Shown here in pieces: positions 1 to 9,883 of a stretch of DNA of 64,000 nt; the stretch's first letter is position 1, and every line of letters starts with the position of its first letter. Location: NCBI GenBank assembly GCA_958296135.2, contig CATQHZ020000001.1:736001-800000 (forward strand), written 5' to 3'. The position numbers were made by a program, and so were the translations under genes. The notes under the pieces are model-generated. The model did not search any database. It was not told the DNA's origin and worked only from the letters and a program-made list of their open reading frames with translations. The DNA comes from an uncultured Poribacteria bacterium (GTDB lineage: Bacteria > Poribacteria > WGA-4E > WGA-3G).

Positions 1-219
1 TCCCTGCATGCGTCGCCAGCGGATGAGACAATCTTGGAGCGTATTATCCAGCGCGTGTCCGATGTGCAAACTGCCGGTGATATTCGGGGGTGGAATCACA
101 ATGGCGTAGGGCGGCTTATCCGATGTCGCCTCGGCATGAAAATAGCCGTTTTCTTGCCAAAATTGATACCACTTCGCCTTGATGTGCTGCGGTTCGTAAA
201 TTTTCGGGAGATGTGTCAT
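1..219 (-). CDS. valS: Valyl-tRNA synthetase, N-terminal part (runs off window)
   Basis: Not in the ORF track. Manual translation from ATG 219 gives MTHLPKIYEPQHIKAKWYQFWQENGYF...IVIPPPNITGSLHIGHALDNTLQD, with the class I PPPN/HIGH motif typical of ValRS. Confidence 0.93.
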   Translation of the reverse strand, partial: MTHLPKIYEPQHIKAKWYQFWQENGYFHAEATSDKPPYAIVIPPPNITGSLHIGHALDNTLQDCLIRWRRMQG

Positions 220-221
220 GG

Positions 222-800
222 TTACGTAAAGAGCGGGACTACCCACCCGTACGCGCCTCCTTCCGTTTGATAAAGTAGATTCACCTGCCGGGTCTCGGCG
301 TTTAAGAAGAGGAGCAGCGAGTCGCCGCCGGTGTGGAGTTCGTTTGCGGCTTCCGCCACGGTCATCGGTTTCGCGGCAAACTTCTCCGGTGCTTCAATGA
401 TGCGCGGTGTCTCCGCGGTATCGGGGATGTCTGTCGAAGGTTCGGTTTCCTGAAGTGCCTCGGTTTCGGGAGGGTTCAGGTGTGCGACGACATCGCGATG
501 CGGGAGCTGGTGCCGCCGGTCTTTCACGCGTTCCTTGTAACGGCGGATTTGGCTGAGGATTTTGTCTGTCACACCGTCTAGCGCGGCGAAAAGTTCATGG
601 GTTTGGCTCTCGGCGTGAAACGATGCGCGGTTGGCTGTGACGCTCATCTCCGTTTCAAAGCGGTGCTTTTCGGCGGTGATGACGACGTGGATTTCAAGCA
701 TCGGGCCGAAACGTGCTTCAATTTTATCGGCACGTTTTTGCAGATAAGCCCGAATATCATCGGTGATTTTGAGATGGCGGCCGGTGATGCGGATTTTCAT
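222..800 (-). CDS. hpf: Ribosome hibernation promoting factor (long HPF/RaiA)
   Basis: MKIRITGRHLKITDDIRAY... S30AE domain plus C-terminal KPMTVAEA domain. GAAAGGAA RBS before ATG 800; lies downstream of rpoN. Confidence 0.9.
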   Translation of the reverse strand: MKIRITGRHLKITDDIRAYLQKRADKIEARFGPMLEIHVVITAEKHRFETEMSVTANRASFHAESQTHELFAALDGVTDKILSQIRRYKERVKDRRHQLPHRDVVAHLNPPETEALQETEPSTDIPDTAETPRIIEAPEKFAAKPMTVAEAANELHTGGDSLLLFLNAETRQVNLLYQTEGGAYGWVVPLFT

Positions 801-882
801 TTTTCGTATTTCCTTTCGGTTGTTCAACTGCCATTGGGCAGCGAAGGTTGTCTTCTCAGAAGCATTCATACCCAATTCATCA

Positions 883-966
883 CTGTAGTTCGGGCTCGCC
901 CCCTCCGATGTTAGTGACATCGGGCGCCAAAATGAGGCAAGGTACGGCGAGCTGGTTTCCCTACAG
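883..966. repeat. REP doublet (REPIN-like), family GTAG(G/A)GAAACCAGCTCGCC...GGCGAGCYCRAACTAC
   Basis: Inverted GTAG/CTAC ends. Related copies at about 12746-12804 and 13925-13985. Confidence 0.7.
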
Positions 967-1111
967 AGGACGAGACTTACGTAGCACAAACCCCGTAGGC
1001 GCGCGTTGTAAGCGCGCCGCCCGAACGGGCGTTTTCAGCATTTGCTTCTGTCCTGTTAGTGACAAGCGTGGCACCGTGGTTGTCCGTACAACATCCCTGC
1101 GGAAGAGATGT

Positions 1112-2674
1112 TTATTGAACGCTTGGTGCCGATACAGCGGTACTTTTCACCCGCTCGCGTGAGGGCGGAATCCCCAGTTCATCACGATATTTTTGGACGG
1201 TGCGGCGTGCAAGGAGGATGCCGTTCGCTCTCAAAGCATTGCTTACACCCTGGTCGCTCAGCGGTTTCGTCGGTTCTTCGTCGCGAATGAGGGCCCGTAT
1301 CTGGTGTTTCACCTGATTTGCGGAGACAGCACCGCCTTGCCGCGTGGCGACTTTGTTACTGAAGAAAGCCCTTAACGGAAACGTGCCGTAGGGGGTTTGG
1401 ACATATTTATTACTAGTGGCGCGACTGACCGTGGATTCGTGGAAACCGATTTTTTCCGCAATATCTCGGAGCGTTAAGGGTTCAAGGTTATGAGTTCCGT
1501 GTGTGAGAAACGCCGATTGCACGTCAAAAATCGCCTCCGTGACTTGCACAATAGTGTGCGCGCGTTGGCCTAGACTGTGGAGGATAGCCGTTGCTTCTTC
1601 ATAACGTTCTTCAAGCCATTCCTGTTCCTCTGGCGTTAACGTATCGCTGCGTTCCTGCAGGAGATGACGGTAGTCAGCGTTCATCTTAAGACGTGGCATG
1701 TCGCCATCGGCAAGGATGGTGTAAAACGGGCTGTGCTGCACCCCGTCTTTGGAAAACGTTCCGAATTCCATTGAGCGAATCTCGACATCAGGGATGACCG
1801 GGTATGCAGTGTCGGCAGTTACGGCGACAGCGTGCGCTGCGCGGGCATTCGCATCGGTGAAGGCGCGCCCCGGATAGGGTGTCAGCGTTCCTATCCATTC
1901 AACGGTGGCCTCAATCTCTCGGATGTCGACGTTTAAGGCATCGGCGATTTTGTTGAACTTGCGATGTAGCATCTCGGTAAAGTGATGCACGATGATGTCG
2001 CGGGCGAGCGGCGGAGGCCCGGTACCGTTGGTTGCGTCCCAGTTGCGTATCTGAATGAGCAGTGCCTCGCGCGTATCGCGATAGGCGATGCCAGTTGGCT
2101 CAAAGGTGTCCTGAATTTTGCGCAGGACGCGCGCCACTTTCCTCTGGGAGCATCCCACTGCTTTGGCGATGTCTTCCAACGTGAAGTCTGAGACATCGAG
2201 GTGTCCATTGTCGTCTACATTTTCGATGAGGTGTTCGCCGATAGCGAATTCAGTTTCGGTGAAGTCGGCGAGCCGCAGTTGTTCTTCTAGAGAGTCGTGC
2301 AGGGTGCAGACTTGCGCGATTTCCGGGAGTTCTGCATCGGGATGTTGGGTAGCGCGCCATTCGCTGCGAGAACTCCGGTCATCGAATGCAAGTTCCCAGT
2401 CGATGTCAACAGTGGTATCCTCCCGGTCGATGTTTTCTTCAGGGGCGTTCCACTCCGGGGCCGGGTCAAGTTCTTCAATAGGCAAGAAGTCAGTTTCGTC
2501 TGGTTCCTCATATTCAAGAAACGGGTTTTGCTCGGATTGCCGCAGCATGAATTTTTTGAGTTCCAGTTTCGGCATGAGCAGCACCTCCAGTGCTTGTTGC
2601 AGCTGGGGGTGCATGACAACCTTGGGCTTGATTTTCTGTTGGACAGCGGACTTGTCGTTTTTCTGTTTGAACAT
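1112..2674 (-). CDS. rpoN: RNA polymerase sigma-54 factor
   Basis: LQQALEVL and NPFLE N-terminal region, HESTVSRAT helix-turn-helix, RpoN box ARRTVQKYR. Confidence 0.96.
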   Translation of the reverse strand: MFKQKNDKSAVQQKIKPKVVMHPQLQQALEVLLMPKLELKKFMLRQSEQNPFLEYEEPDETDFLPIEELDPAPEWNAPEENIDREDTTVDIDWELAFDDRSSRSEWRATQHPDAELPEIAQVCTLHDSLEEQLRLADFTETEFAIGEHLIENVDDNGHLDVSDFTLEDIAKAVGCSQRKVARVLRKIQDTFEPTGIAYRDTREALLIQIRNWDATNGTGPPPLARDIIVHHFTEMLHRKFNKIADALNVDIREIEATVEWIGTLTPYPGRAFTDANARAAHAVAVTADTAYPVIPDVEIRSMEFGTFSKDGVQHSPFYTILADGDMPRLKMNADYRHLLQERSDTLTPEEQEWLEERYEEATAILHSLGQRAHTIVQVTEAIFDVQSAFLTHGTHNLEPLTLRDIAEKIGFHESTVSRATSNKYVQTPYGTFPLRAFFSNKVATRQGGAVSANQVKHQIRALIRDEEPTKPLSDQGVSNALRANGILLARRTVQKYRDELGIPPSRERVKSTAVSAPSVQ

Positions 2675-2737
2675 TTTTGCCCCCGATTGCGATGTCTGGC
2701 GAAGGAGACTGCGTCTCCTGGCTAGAACAAACAGGTC

Positions 2738-3484
2738 TCACGCGTTTTGTCGATTCCATTGGAAGTGATGTCCGAAATAGAGTTCTCTGGCAATTTTGCT
2801 GCTGAGCAATTCCTCCGGGGTGCCGGCGAGGGTAATCTTTCCATCGGCGATGAGGTAGGCTCTATCGACAATGTCAAGCGTTTCGGCGGCGTTGTGGTCT
2901 GTAATGAGGACCCCGAGGTTCCGGTCGCGTAAGTGCGAGATGAGCTGCTTGATATCGGCAATCGCGATCGGATCGATGCCGGAGAGGGGTTCGTCCAACA
3001 AGATGAACGCGGGCTCGGCGGCGAGGGCGCGCGCGATTTCGGCACGCCGACATTCACCCCCAGAGAGCGTGTAGGCTCGCCGCGCGAGGAGATGCGAGAT
3101 GCCGAGTTCGGTTGTCAATGCGCGCACGCGCGGTTCGCGCTCAGCTTTCGGTACGCCGCGTGCCTCCAGAATCGCCTCGATGTTCTGCCGAATGGTGAGT
3201 TTGCGGAAAATCGAGGTCTCCTGCGCGAGGTAGCCGATCCCGAGCCGGGCGCGTTGATACATCGGGAGAAAGGTGATGTCCTTCCCGCCGTAGGTAATCC
3301 GCCCGGCGTTGGGTTGGATAAGCCCGACTACCATGTAGAACGTGGTGGATTTGCCTGCACCGTTCGGACCGAGCAAACCGACAATTTCGCCTTGGCGGAC
3401 AGATAAACTCACCTCGTTGACGACGAGGGGACCGCGCCGGGTATAGCGTTTGACAAGGTTGTGTGCTTGAAGTTCACTGTTCAT
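2738..3484 (-). CDS. lptB: LPS export ABC transporter ATP-binding protein
   Basis: GPNGAGKST, LSGGECRRAEIARAL, LLDEP, ITDHN; conserved lptA-lptB-rpoN synteny. Confidence 0.95.
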   Translation of the reverse strand: MNSELQAHNLVKRYTRRGPLVVNEVSLSVRQGEIVGLLGPNGAGKSTTFYMVVGLIQPNAGRITYGGKDITFLPMYQRARLGIGYLAQETSIFRKLTIRQNIEAILEARGVPKAEREPRVRALTTELGISHLLARRAYTLSGGECRRAEIARALAAEPAFILLDEPLSGIDPIAIADIKQLISHLRDRNLGVLITDHNAAETLDIVDRAYLIADGKITLAGTPEELLSSKIARELYFGHHFQWNRQNA

Positions 3485-4362
3485 TCGTTTTCGTCCGTTT
3501 CGTTTTCTGCGTCTTCTTTTTCCTCGTTGGGCTCAGGCGAACCCGACCGGGCATCTTCCTCAGTGCTAGCGTCATCGGGATTTCCTTCAGCGTCTTCCTC
3601 AGCGGGGGCTGCCTCGCCCTCTTCTGGCGCGGGAGGCGCGTCTGCTTCCCCTGTTTCAGTTTCCTTTTCGTCCGTGTCGTCCGCTGTGTCTGCTGTCGCT
3701 TTTTCGTCTGTCTCCGCGTCCGCTTTTGATGATTCTTCTGCTGGCACCGGTTCTGCTTCGATGACGCGCACTTTGAACTTCACGTCGCCTTCGGCAGTCT
3801 GTTCACCTGTCGTGCGGTTATAGGTGAAGAGGACTGTCTCAAGCCGGTCTTTGTTTTGTATCACCACCACGTCTGTCTTGAGGATAATGGTATTCGTGAG
3901 ATGGTTCATGGTGGCGTGCTCGCACGTGGCGAAAAGTTCTGCATCCCGGATTTCGACGTTACTCTCGGCAACCGTTCGCACAGTGTCACCGGTAATCGGG
4001 TCCGTGTAGAAGGTGACTTTATCGGCATTGAGGTAGCCGTCGGTGCGCAAGATCTTCACGTTACCGGTGAGAACGGTGATGCCATCTTTCTCGTACCGTT
4101 CTAAAGTATCTGCGCTGCCGTTGATTTCTTCGCCTTCTTCCACGTCTTCCGCCGCTGCTGCGTCGATTTTCTCGCTCTCTTTCATCTCAGGCGAGTTTGC
4201 GTTCCGTTCTTCGCTCTGAACGGTTGCGTCCGGGGTTTTCTCGGAAGTTTTTTCTGTTTCAGCGGCAGCACTCCATGCTATGAGGCTGCCGATGAAGAGC
4301 GTGAAGAGACTCAGCCAGAGTGTCTTATTTTGACTGTGGTTGCGTTTCATGGGTTTTTTCAT
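3481..4362 (-). CDS. lptA: LptA/OstA family periplasmic LPS transport protein with acidic low-complexity tail
   Basis: Signal peptide, OstA-like beta-jellyroll (LTGNVKI...LNADKVT), position between lptC and lptB. Confidence 0.8.
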   Translation of the reverse strand: MKKPMKRNHSQNKTLWLSLFTLFIGSLIAWSAAAETEKTSEKTPDATVQSEERNANSPEMKESEKIDAAAAEDVEEGEEINGSADTLERYEKDGITVLTGNVKILRTDGYLNADKVTFYTDPITGDTVRTVAESNVEIRDAELFATCEHATMNHLTNTIILKTDVVVIQNKDRLETVLFTYNRTTGEQTAEGDVKFKVRVIEAEPVPAEESSKADAETDEKATADTADDTDEKETETGEADAPPAPEEGEAAPAEEDAEGNPDDASTEEDARSGSPEPNEEKEDAENETDENE

Positions 4363-4930
4363 CCCTCGGGTAAAGCTGAAATCGATTGTTTGTCATTTTA
4401 ACGGTTTCTAGTGTCGGATCGGCGCGCATTTCGGTGCCGTGCCAAGTGGATGTGCCGCGGACGACGGTTGCCTCATTCGGTGCATATAGGATGCCCGCGC
4501 GGTTTCTCCAATGGAGTTCGTCGGTGTATAATTTGCCGTCTTTACTGACACCGACGACATCCCCGGAGAGGTGCAGGTTATCCTTGTCGGTGCCAGTGAG
4601 AAACTGCACGCCCTTTTTACTGGTTAACGTGATGGCTACCTCGCCGTTTTCAAAAATCTCCACGGTAGGATTCTCAATATGGACGGTGTCCTGATGGAGT
4701 GTGGATGCTTCGCCGACGAGCGTCCATTTGAGGATGCCGGCTTCGGTGTGCTGTGTAGAAAACCGGTCCAACTTTTGCGTCGGTTTCGGTGCCTCAGGTT
4801 CTGTCAGAGGTTCCTCGGTGTTCTGACATCCATTCGTGAAGGGCATCAGGCAGAAAAGGAACACTGCTGCTACGGTGTGCCGGAGGAGGCTTCTACCGCT
4901 TCTCTTCGGGCCGGGTTTTCCACCGTTCAT
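4325..4930 (-). CDS. lptC: LPS export periplasmic protein LptC
   Basis: N-terminal hydrophobic segment ending in Cys, LHLSGDVVG...LYTDELHW beta-rich domain, synteny. Start at ATG 4930 is estimated. Confidence 0.8.
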   Translation of the reverse strand: MNGGKPGPKRSGRSLLRHTVAAVFLFCLMPFTNGCQNTEEPLTEPEAPKPTQKLDRFSTQHTEAGILKWTLVGEASTLHQDTVHIENPTVEIFENGEVAITLTSKKGVQFLTGTDKDNLHLSGDVVGVSKDGKLYTDELHWRNRAGILYAPNEATVVRGTSTWHGTEMRADPTLETVKMTNNRFQLYPRDEKTHETQPQSK

Positions 4931-5777
4931 GCATCCAGATCCACTGCTCTGGGTATCGCCGGATGTATCCCTCAATAATTTTGGTAAATTTCTGTGTGTT
5001 GATAACAAGTTCTTCCTCGTTGCCCGCTGTGCGTTCCAACGCCAAAGGCGGTTCAATGATGGCTCGATGCGTGCCATCGGGTTGCCGAATAATGAAAGAA
5101 GGTAGTATCGCGGCCCCGGTTTTGAGTGCGATGGCGATGGGACTGTAAGGCGTATAGGCGGGTTTGCCGAAGAAATCGACGAACACGCCGTTGACGGTAG
5201 TATCCACATCGGCGACGATGCCGAGCAGTTGATTGCGTTTGAGGCATCGGAGCGCGCTGCGCAGTCCGGTATCCCTGTCAATCGTGGCATAACCGGCTCG
5301 CGCGCGGTAGCTGCTGACGAGAGCGTTTAACCGAGCGGAACGCAATTCGCGCACGATGGGCATCAACGGTGCCACAGTCACAGAGATGCTTGCGGCGAGC
5401 AGTTCCCAGTTGCCGAAATGTCCTGTCAGGATAATCGCGCCTTTTCCGCGTGCGAGGGCTCTCTTGATATGCGATGCGCCTTCAAAAGTGACGGCCTGTT
5501 GCAGTTGCGCTGCGTCCATGCGCGGAAACCGCATAAATTCTACCACATTCTTGCCGAGGTTTTCAAAGCACCGCTTCGCCATTGCGGCAGCGCGCTGATT
5601 CTCTGAAATGTTCAGGCTCCGCTGGAGTTGTTCGCATGCGCGGGCTCTTTCCGTTGCGGCGAGCCAGAAGGCGAGTCTGCCTAGCCCGGCACCGATGGTT
5701 AATGCCATTCCTCTCGGCAGTCGGGAGACACAAGCCCCTATCCATTTGGCGGCACATTCATAACACCAATCTTTCAT
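4893..5777 (-). CDS. Lipid A biosynthesis acyltransferase (HtrB/LpxL family)
   Basis: LTGHFGNWE, VDFFG, YPEQWIWMHERWK motifs. Confidence 0.92.
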   Translation of the reverse strand: MKDWCYECAAKWIGACVSRLPRGMALTIGAGLGRLAFWLAATERARACEQLQRSLNISENQRAAAMAKRCFENLGKNVVEFMRFPRMDAAQLQQAVTFEGASHIKRALARGKGAIILTGHFGNWELLAASISVTVAPLMPIVRELRSARLNALVSSYRARAGYATIDRDTGLRSALRCLKRNQLLGIVADVDTTVNGVFVDFFGKPAYTPYSPIAIALKTGAAILPSFIIRQPDGTHRAIIEPPLALERTAGNEEELVINTQKFTKIIEGYIRRYPEQWIWMHERWKTRPEEKR

Positions 5778-5785
5778 TACTATAT

Positions 5786-5814
5786 AGTATAGCAAATTTC
5801 ACGTGAAATTGCAA
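5786..5814 (-). promoter_or_regulatory. Sigma70-type promoter for the lpxL-lpt-rpoN operon, with palindromic spacer
   Basis: TTGCAA-17 bp-TATACT with extended TG. Perfect 16-bp palindrome AATTTCACGTGAAATT at 5795-5810. Confidence 0.65.
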
Positions 5815-5908
5815 ATTAATTTAATGTTTTGTTGCATTTTCGGCGAAATTTCTTTAGGTTACGTGCGACTTGATTTCTATTCGCATTTCGGGTAAACTTT
5901 AAATTGCT

Positions 5909-7210
5909 ATGCACACATCCGAGAATCTCAACAACCAGATTATCCGGCTCGCCATCCCGAATATCGTCAGCAATTTTTCTATCCCGTTGTTAGGCGCGGT
6001 GGACACCGCGTTGATGGGCCGGTTGGATTCCGAGCACTACTTAGGTGCTGTCGGTATCGGCGGTGTGATTTTCAGTTTTGTCTACTGGGGATTCGGGTTT
6101 CTCCGGATGGCGATGACGGGGCTTGTCGCGCAGGCGTTCGGTAAAAACGACGAGCTGGAATGTGGCCGTTTACTCCTGCGCGGACTTTTCATCGGCGTTG
6201 CGGGCAGTATGCTGCTCATCGGCCTCCAATGGATTCTCGCCGAGGTGAGTTTTAGGTTCATTGATGCGAGCGCGGAAGTGGAACGACTGGCCCGCGTCTA
6301 TTTTCACATCCGCATCGCTGCAGCACCGGCGACGCTCTGTCTGCACGCCTTCCACGGCACATTTTTGGGCTTACAGAACGCGCGCTACCCGATGTTCCTG
6401 ACGATTCTGGTGAATCTCGCCAACATCGCGCTGAATCTGGTTTTCGTGAAAGGGCTTGGGATGACGGTGGAAGGCGTTGCGTTGGCAACCGTCATTGCGC
6501 AGTATATCGGGCTCTTCTTGGCAAGCGCGCTATGGTTGACGCGTTATCGGTGCCTGATGCGCGGGTGGCATATCCGGAGGGTGTTGTCCCCTGTGCAACT
6601 GAAGCGGTTTCTGAGCATTAGCGGCGATATTTTCATCAGGACCTGTTTGCTCGTATTTAGCCACGCCTTTTTCATAGCGAAATCTGCCGAATTAAGCGAT
6701 GCTGTCTTGGCAATTAACACTATCTTGCTCCAGTTCATTAATCTGCTGTCTTACGCGATTGATGGCTTCGCGTTCGCGGCGGAGAGCCTGGTCGGCAAAT
6801 ACAAGGGCGCGCAGGATACGCATAATCTCAAACGGACAACGCGCTATATCTTCCGGTGGGCGTTTCTGTTTGGCGGCGTGTTGATGATAATTTTCGGGCT
6901 GTTTGGAGAACCGTTGCTACATCTCTTCACAAATCAGATAGAGTTGGTGACTCAAGCGAAGCAGTATCTTTTCTGGCTCTTCATCGCGCCTGTCGTTAAC
7001 GTTGCCGCCTATATTTGGGATGGGATTTTCCTCGGCGCAACTGCGTCTAGGCCGTTGCGGGACACGGTGATTTTTTCAACCGTGCTGTTTTTGGGTGCGG
7101 CGTATTTGCTGCAGCCTTATGGGAATCAGGGGCTTTGGGGCGCGTTGACGTTGCTTTTAGTGGCGCGCGGTGTGTCGTTGACAGTGCTGGCGCGGAAACA
7201 TATCATTTGA
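5909..7210 (+). CDS. MATE family efflux transporter (DinF-like)
   Basis: LAIPNIVSNFSIPLLGAVDTALMGRL and FGFLRM motifs; about 12 hydrophobic segments. Confidence 0.93.
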   Translation: MHTSENLNNQIIRLAIPNIVSNFSIPLLGAVDTALMGRLDSEHYLGAVGIGGVIFSFVYWGFGFLRMAMTGLVAQAFGKNDELECGRLLLRGLFIGVAGSMLLIGLQWILAEVSFRFIDASAEVERLARVYFHIRIAAAPATLCLHAFHGTFLGLQNARYPMFLTILVNLANIALNLVFVKGLGMTVEGVALATVIAQYIGLFLASALWLTRYRCLMRGWHIRRVLSPVQLKRFLSISGDIFIRTCLLVFSHAFFIAKSAELSDAVLAINTILLQFINLLSYAIDGFAFAAESLVGKYKGAQDTHNLKRTTRYIFRWAFLFGGVLMIIFGLFGEPLLHLFTNQIELVTQAKQYLFWLFIAPVVNVAAYIWDGIFLGATASRPLRDTVIFSTVLFLGAAYLLQPYGNQGLWGALTLLLVARGVSLTVLARKHII

Positions 7211-7347
7211 TTTGAAACACATCGCGTTTTATGCTACATTAATTAAACGAAACGAAACACCTTGCGCAAATGAGGCATTACCTATAAAAACGTTCTCTGT
7301 CGGCGCGGTTTGAGACCGGGTCTACCGGGGCGGATGGATGAAAAAAT

Positions 7348-9732
7348 ATGAGATGGGCATTTTCCATTATCCTTTTGTTTATTATCGGGTGCGACCTGGG
7401 CCAGCCGCCGCGGCGCACAAACCCAGAATTCGCGGTGCAGTATCAGGCGGGCGTGGACGCACTTCTCAACGGCAACCTTGAGGAAGCCGAGGAGGCGTTC
7501 CTCGCGTGTTTGGAGATCGACCCGGATTCTGTCAATGCGCGCATGCAGCTCTCCCGCGTCTATATCAAACAGCAACACTTTGAAAAAGCAGAAGAAACGT
7601 TAGACAGGCTTGACGAAACCTTCGCAAACCCGGAGTTGTTGCTCAGTCCCGAAGAACTGGCTGAGGCTTATGTCGTCTTGGCGCAAATCCATAGTTACCA
7701 ACGGGAGTTCAGCGAGGCTACCGATGCGCTATCCCGCGCCTTAGAGTTGAATCCAAAGGACATCAATGCGCGGATGCGATTGGGCTATTTCCTCGGCGCG
7801 CCGCAACAGATGCTGGTTCCAGATCTCGCCGCGTCAAAACGGCAATTTGAGGAGGTGCTGCAGCAAGATCCGACGCATCGCGAGGCGATGCTCCAACTCG
7901 GCCTGGCTGAGTTCCGATTGGGCGAGGCGGACAATGCAGCGCAAAGGTTCAGAGACATCATCGAAAACTACGGCCGCCACGCCGGTGCCTACTACTACCT
8001 TGGTGTCTATCATCTCCGGCAAGGCAATCTGGAAAAGGCAATTGAAAATTTCAACGAATCTCTCAAGGTTCGACCGGAGGATTTGGAGACAATCTGGAAC
8101 CTCTCTACCGCGCAGCGGGTAGGCGGATACGCTGACAATGTGTTAAACGCATTTCTTGACTTGCCAACGGAGGTGCAGCCCGATGCGGAGAGCACGCCTA
8201 CCGGAGAGAATCAAGATGAGGAAGTTGCTTCTACCGCGGAGAAAAGCAACCCTGCCAAGGCGAAGCGATTCATGGAGCTCGCACCGGCTTTAGGGCTGGA
8301 CAAAGTGGATGGGGGCCGCGGCAGTGCCTGGGGCGATTACGATGCCGATGGCGATCTGGATATCGTTGCGGTTGGGACATATCAGCCGCACGCGCTCTAT
8401 CGGAATAACGGCGATGGCACGTTCACGAACGTCGCCAAGGAAGCACGCCTCGCTGACCCGAGAGGCGGCTGGGGTTCACTCTTTGCTGACTACAATAACG
8501 ATGGTTACCCAGATCTCTATATCACGCGCGGCGGCTGGTCTGGTGCAGCGGACAACACGCTCTATCATAACAATGGCGATGGCACGTTTACCGATGTGAC
8601 GCGGCGCGCCGGCGTGCGCGCGCCTCAGAGCAGCTTCTGCGCCGCCTGGGCCGATTACGATAACGATGGCTACCTCGATCTCTACATCGCGAACGGGGTT
8701 ATCAGCGATGGTGCAGCAAATGTGCTTTACCGCAACAACGGCGATGGAACGTTTACCGATACTGCCGAAGAGGCAGGCGTTGCTCATACCGGGAGCTCGC
8801 TTGGCACCGCTTGGGGCGATTACAATAAAGACGGCCACATCGATCTGCACGTCGTCAATTACGCCGAACAGAACATTCTCTATCAAAATAATGGCGATGG
8901 TACGTTCACCAACGTTACGTCGAAAACCGGCATGGACCTGAACATCACCGATCCGTTTGTGACTTTTTTCCTTGACTACGATAACGATGCGGATTTGGAC
9001 ATTTTCATCTCTAATTCCGGTGCCTATCTTTCGTTTATCTTGTCCCAATTGAAAGGGAAGGCATCGCACGAAAGGGACCGGCAGGTGCTTTATCGCAACA
9101 ACGGCGATGGCACGTTCACGGACGTAACCGAGGCGTCCGGGCTTTACCAGGCGTTTGGCGCGATGGGCGCGAACTTTGGCGATGTCAACGGCGATGGTAA
9201 TCTTGACATTTATCTAGCGACAGGCGCGCCGCAGATGGGACGATTGGAACGCGACGCGCTCTTCCAAAATAATGGCGATGGCACGTTTACGGATACGACG
9301 TTCGATTTAGGGTTAGGCAACCTCGGGAAAGGACATGGCGTTACCTTCGGCGATGCCGATGCTGACGGAGACCAGGATATTTACGTCTCTGTCGGCGGCG
9401 CATTCATCGGGGACCAGTGGCCCAACTTGTTCTATCAAAACCAGGGCCCGCCAAGCAATTGGCTCACCGTCACACCGGTCGGTGTCAAGAGCAACCGAGA
9501 TGGCATCGGCGCGAGAGTGACGGTAACCGTCGGCGACAGGAAGCTTTACCGGGAGGTCAGCGGCGGGTGTGGGTTCGGTTCAACGAACAGCATCCCGCTG
9601 GAAATCGGGCTGGGAGATGTTACACAGGTGGATAGATTGGAAATCGTCTGGCCCTCCGGACAGGTGGATACGTATGAAAACCTGTCTGTGAATCAGGCAT
9701 TCGTCGCGACGGAAGGGGGCGGTTTGGAATGA
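7348..9732 (+). CDS. Lipoprotein with TPR repeats, FG-GAP repeats and ASPIC/UnbV domain (CRTAC1-like)
   Basis: Lipobox IIGC, TPR helices, repeated WGDYDxDGxxD/LYRNNGDGTFTDV, C-terminal SNRDGIGARV...WPSG. Confidence 0.9.
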   Translation: MRWAFSIILLFIIGCDLGQPPRRTNPEFAVQYQAGVDALLNGNLEEAEEAFLACLEIDPDSVNARMQLSRVYIKQQHFEKAEETLDRLDETFANPELLLSPEELAEAYVVLAQIHSYQREFSEATDALSRALELNPKDINARMRLGYFLGAPQQMLVPDLAASKRQFEEVLQQDPTHREAMLQLGLAEFRLGEADNAAQRFRDIIENYGRHAGAYYYLGVYHLRQGNLEKAIENFNESLKVRPEDLETIWNLSTAQRVGGYADNVLNAFLDLPTEVQPDAESTPTGENQDEEVASTAEKSNPAKAKRFMELAPALGLDKVDGGRGSAWGDYDADGDLDIVAVGTYQPHALYRNNGDGTFTNVAKEARLADPRGGWGSLFADYNNDGYPDLYITRGGWSGAADNTLYHNNGDGTFTDVTRRAGVRAPQSSFCAAWADYDNDGYLDLYIANGVISDGAANVLYRNNGDGTFTDTAEEAGVAHTGSSLGTAWGDYNKDGHIDLHVVNYAEQNILYQNNGDGTFTNVTSKTGMDLNITDPFVTFFLDYDNDADLDIFISNSGAYLSFILSQLKGKASHERDRQVLYRNNGDGTFTDVTEASGLYQAFGAMGANFGDVNGDGNLDIYLATGAPQMGRLERDALFQNNGDGTFTDTTFDLGLGNLGKGHGVTFGDADADGDQDIYVSVGGAFIGDQWPNLFYQNQGPPSNWLTVTPVGVKSNRDGIGARVTVTVGDRKLYREVSGGCGFGSTNSIPLEIGLGDVTQVDRLEIVWPSGQVDTYENLSVNQAFVATEGGGLE

Positions 9733-9745
9733 CGCAGAACGTCCT

Positions 9746-9858
9746 CGGTAGGTGCGGTTTGAGATGCCTGTCCCTCCCATATCGTCCTCAACACCGTAGG
9801 GCGAGGGCCTGTCCCTCGCCAGGTGCCGGTGCGCGCGGGGGACAGGCCCCCGCGCTAA
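9746..9858. repeat. GTAG REP cluster between convergent genes
   Basis: CCGTAGGGCGAGGGCCTGTCCCTCGCC and inverted GCGCGGGGGACAGGCCCCCGCGCTA. Confidence 0.75.
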
Positions 9859-9883
9859 GTGCCAGGGGCATCCTATGAAGAGC

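Noticed and set aside
801-1000. raiA-motif RNA or N-terminal extension upstream of hpf
   Set aside because: The structure is explained by a REP doublet found elsewhere in the window.
1069-1083. Sigma-54 promoter (TGGCAC-N5-TTGT) near hpf
   Set aside because: It is on the wrong strand for hpf and the -12 GC is imperfect.
4931-5290. Long N-terminus of LptC in the ORF track
   Set aside because: It overlaps the acyltransferase gene; a more plausible start is ATG 4930.
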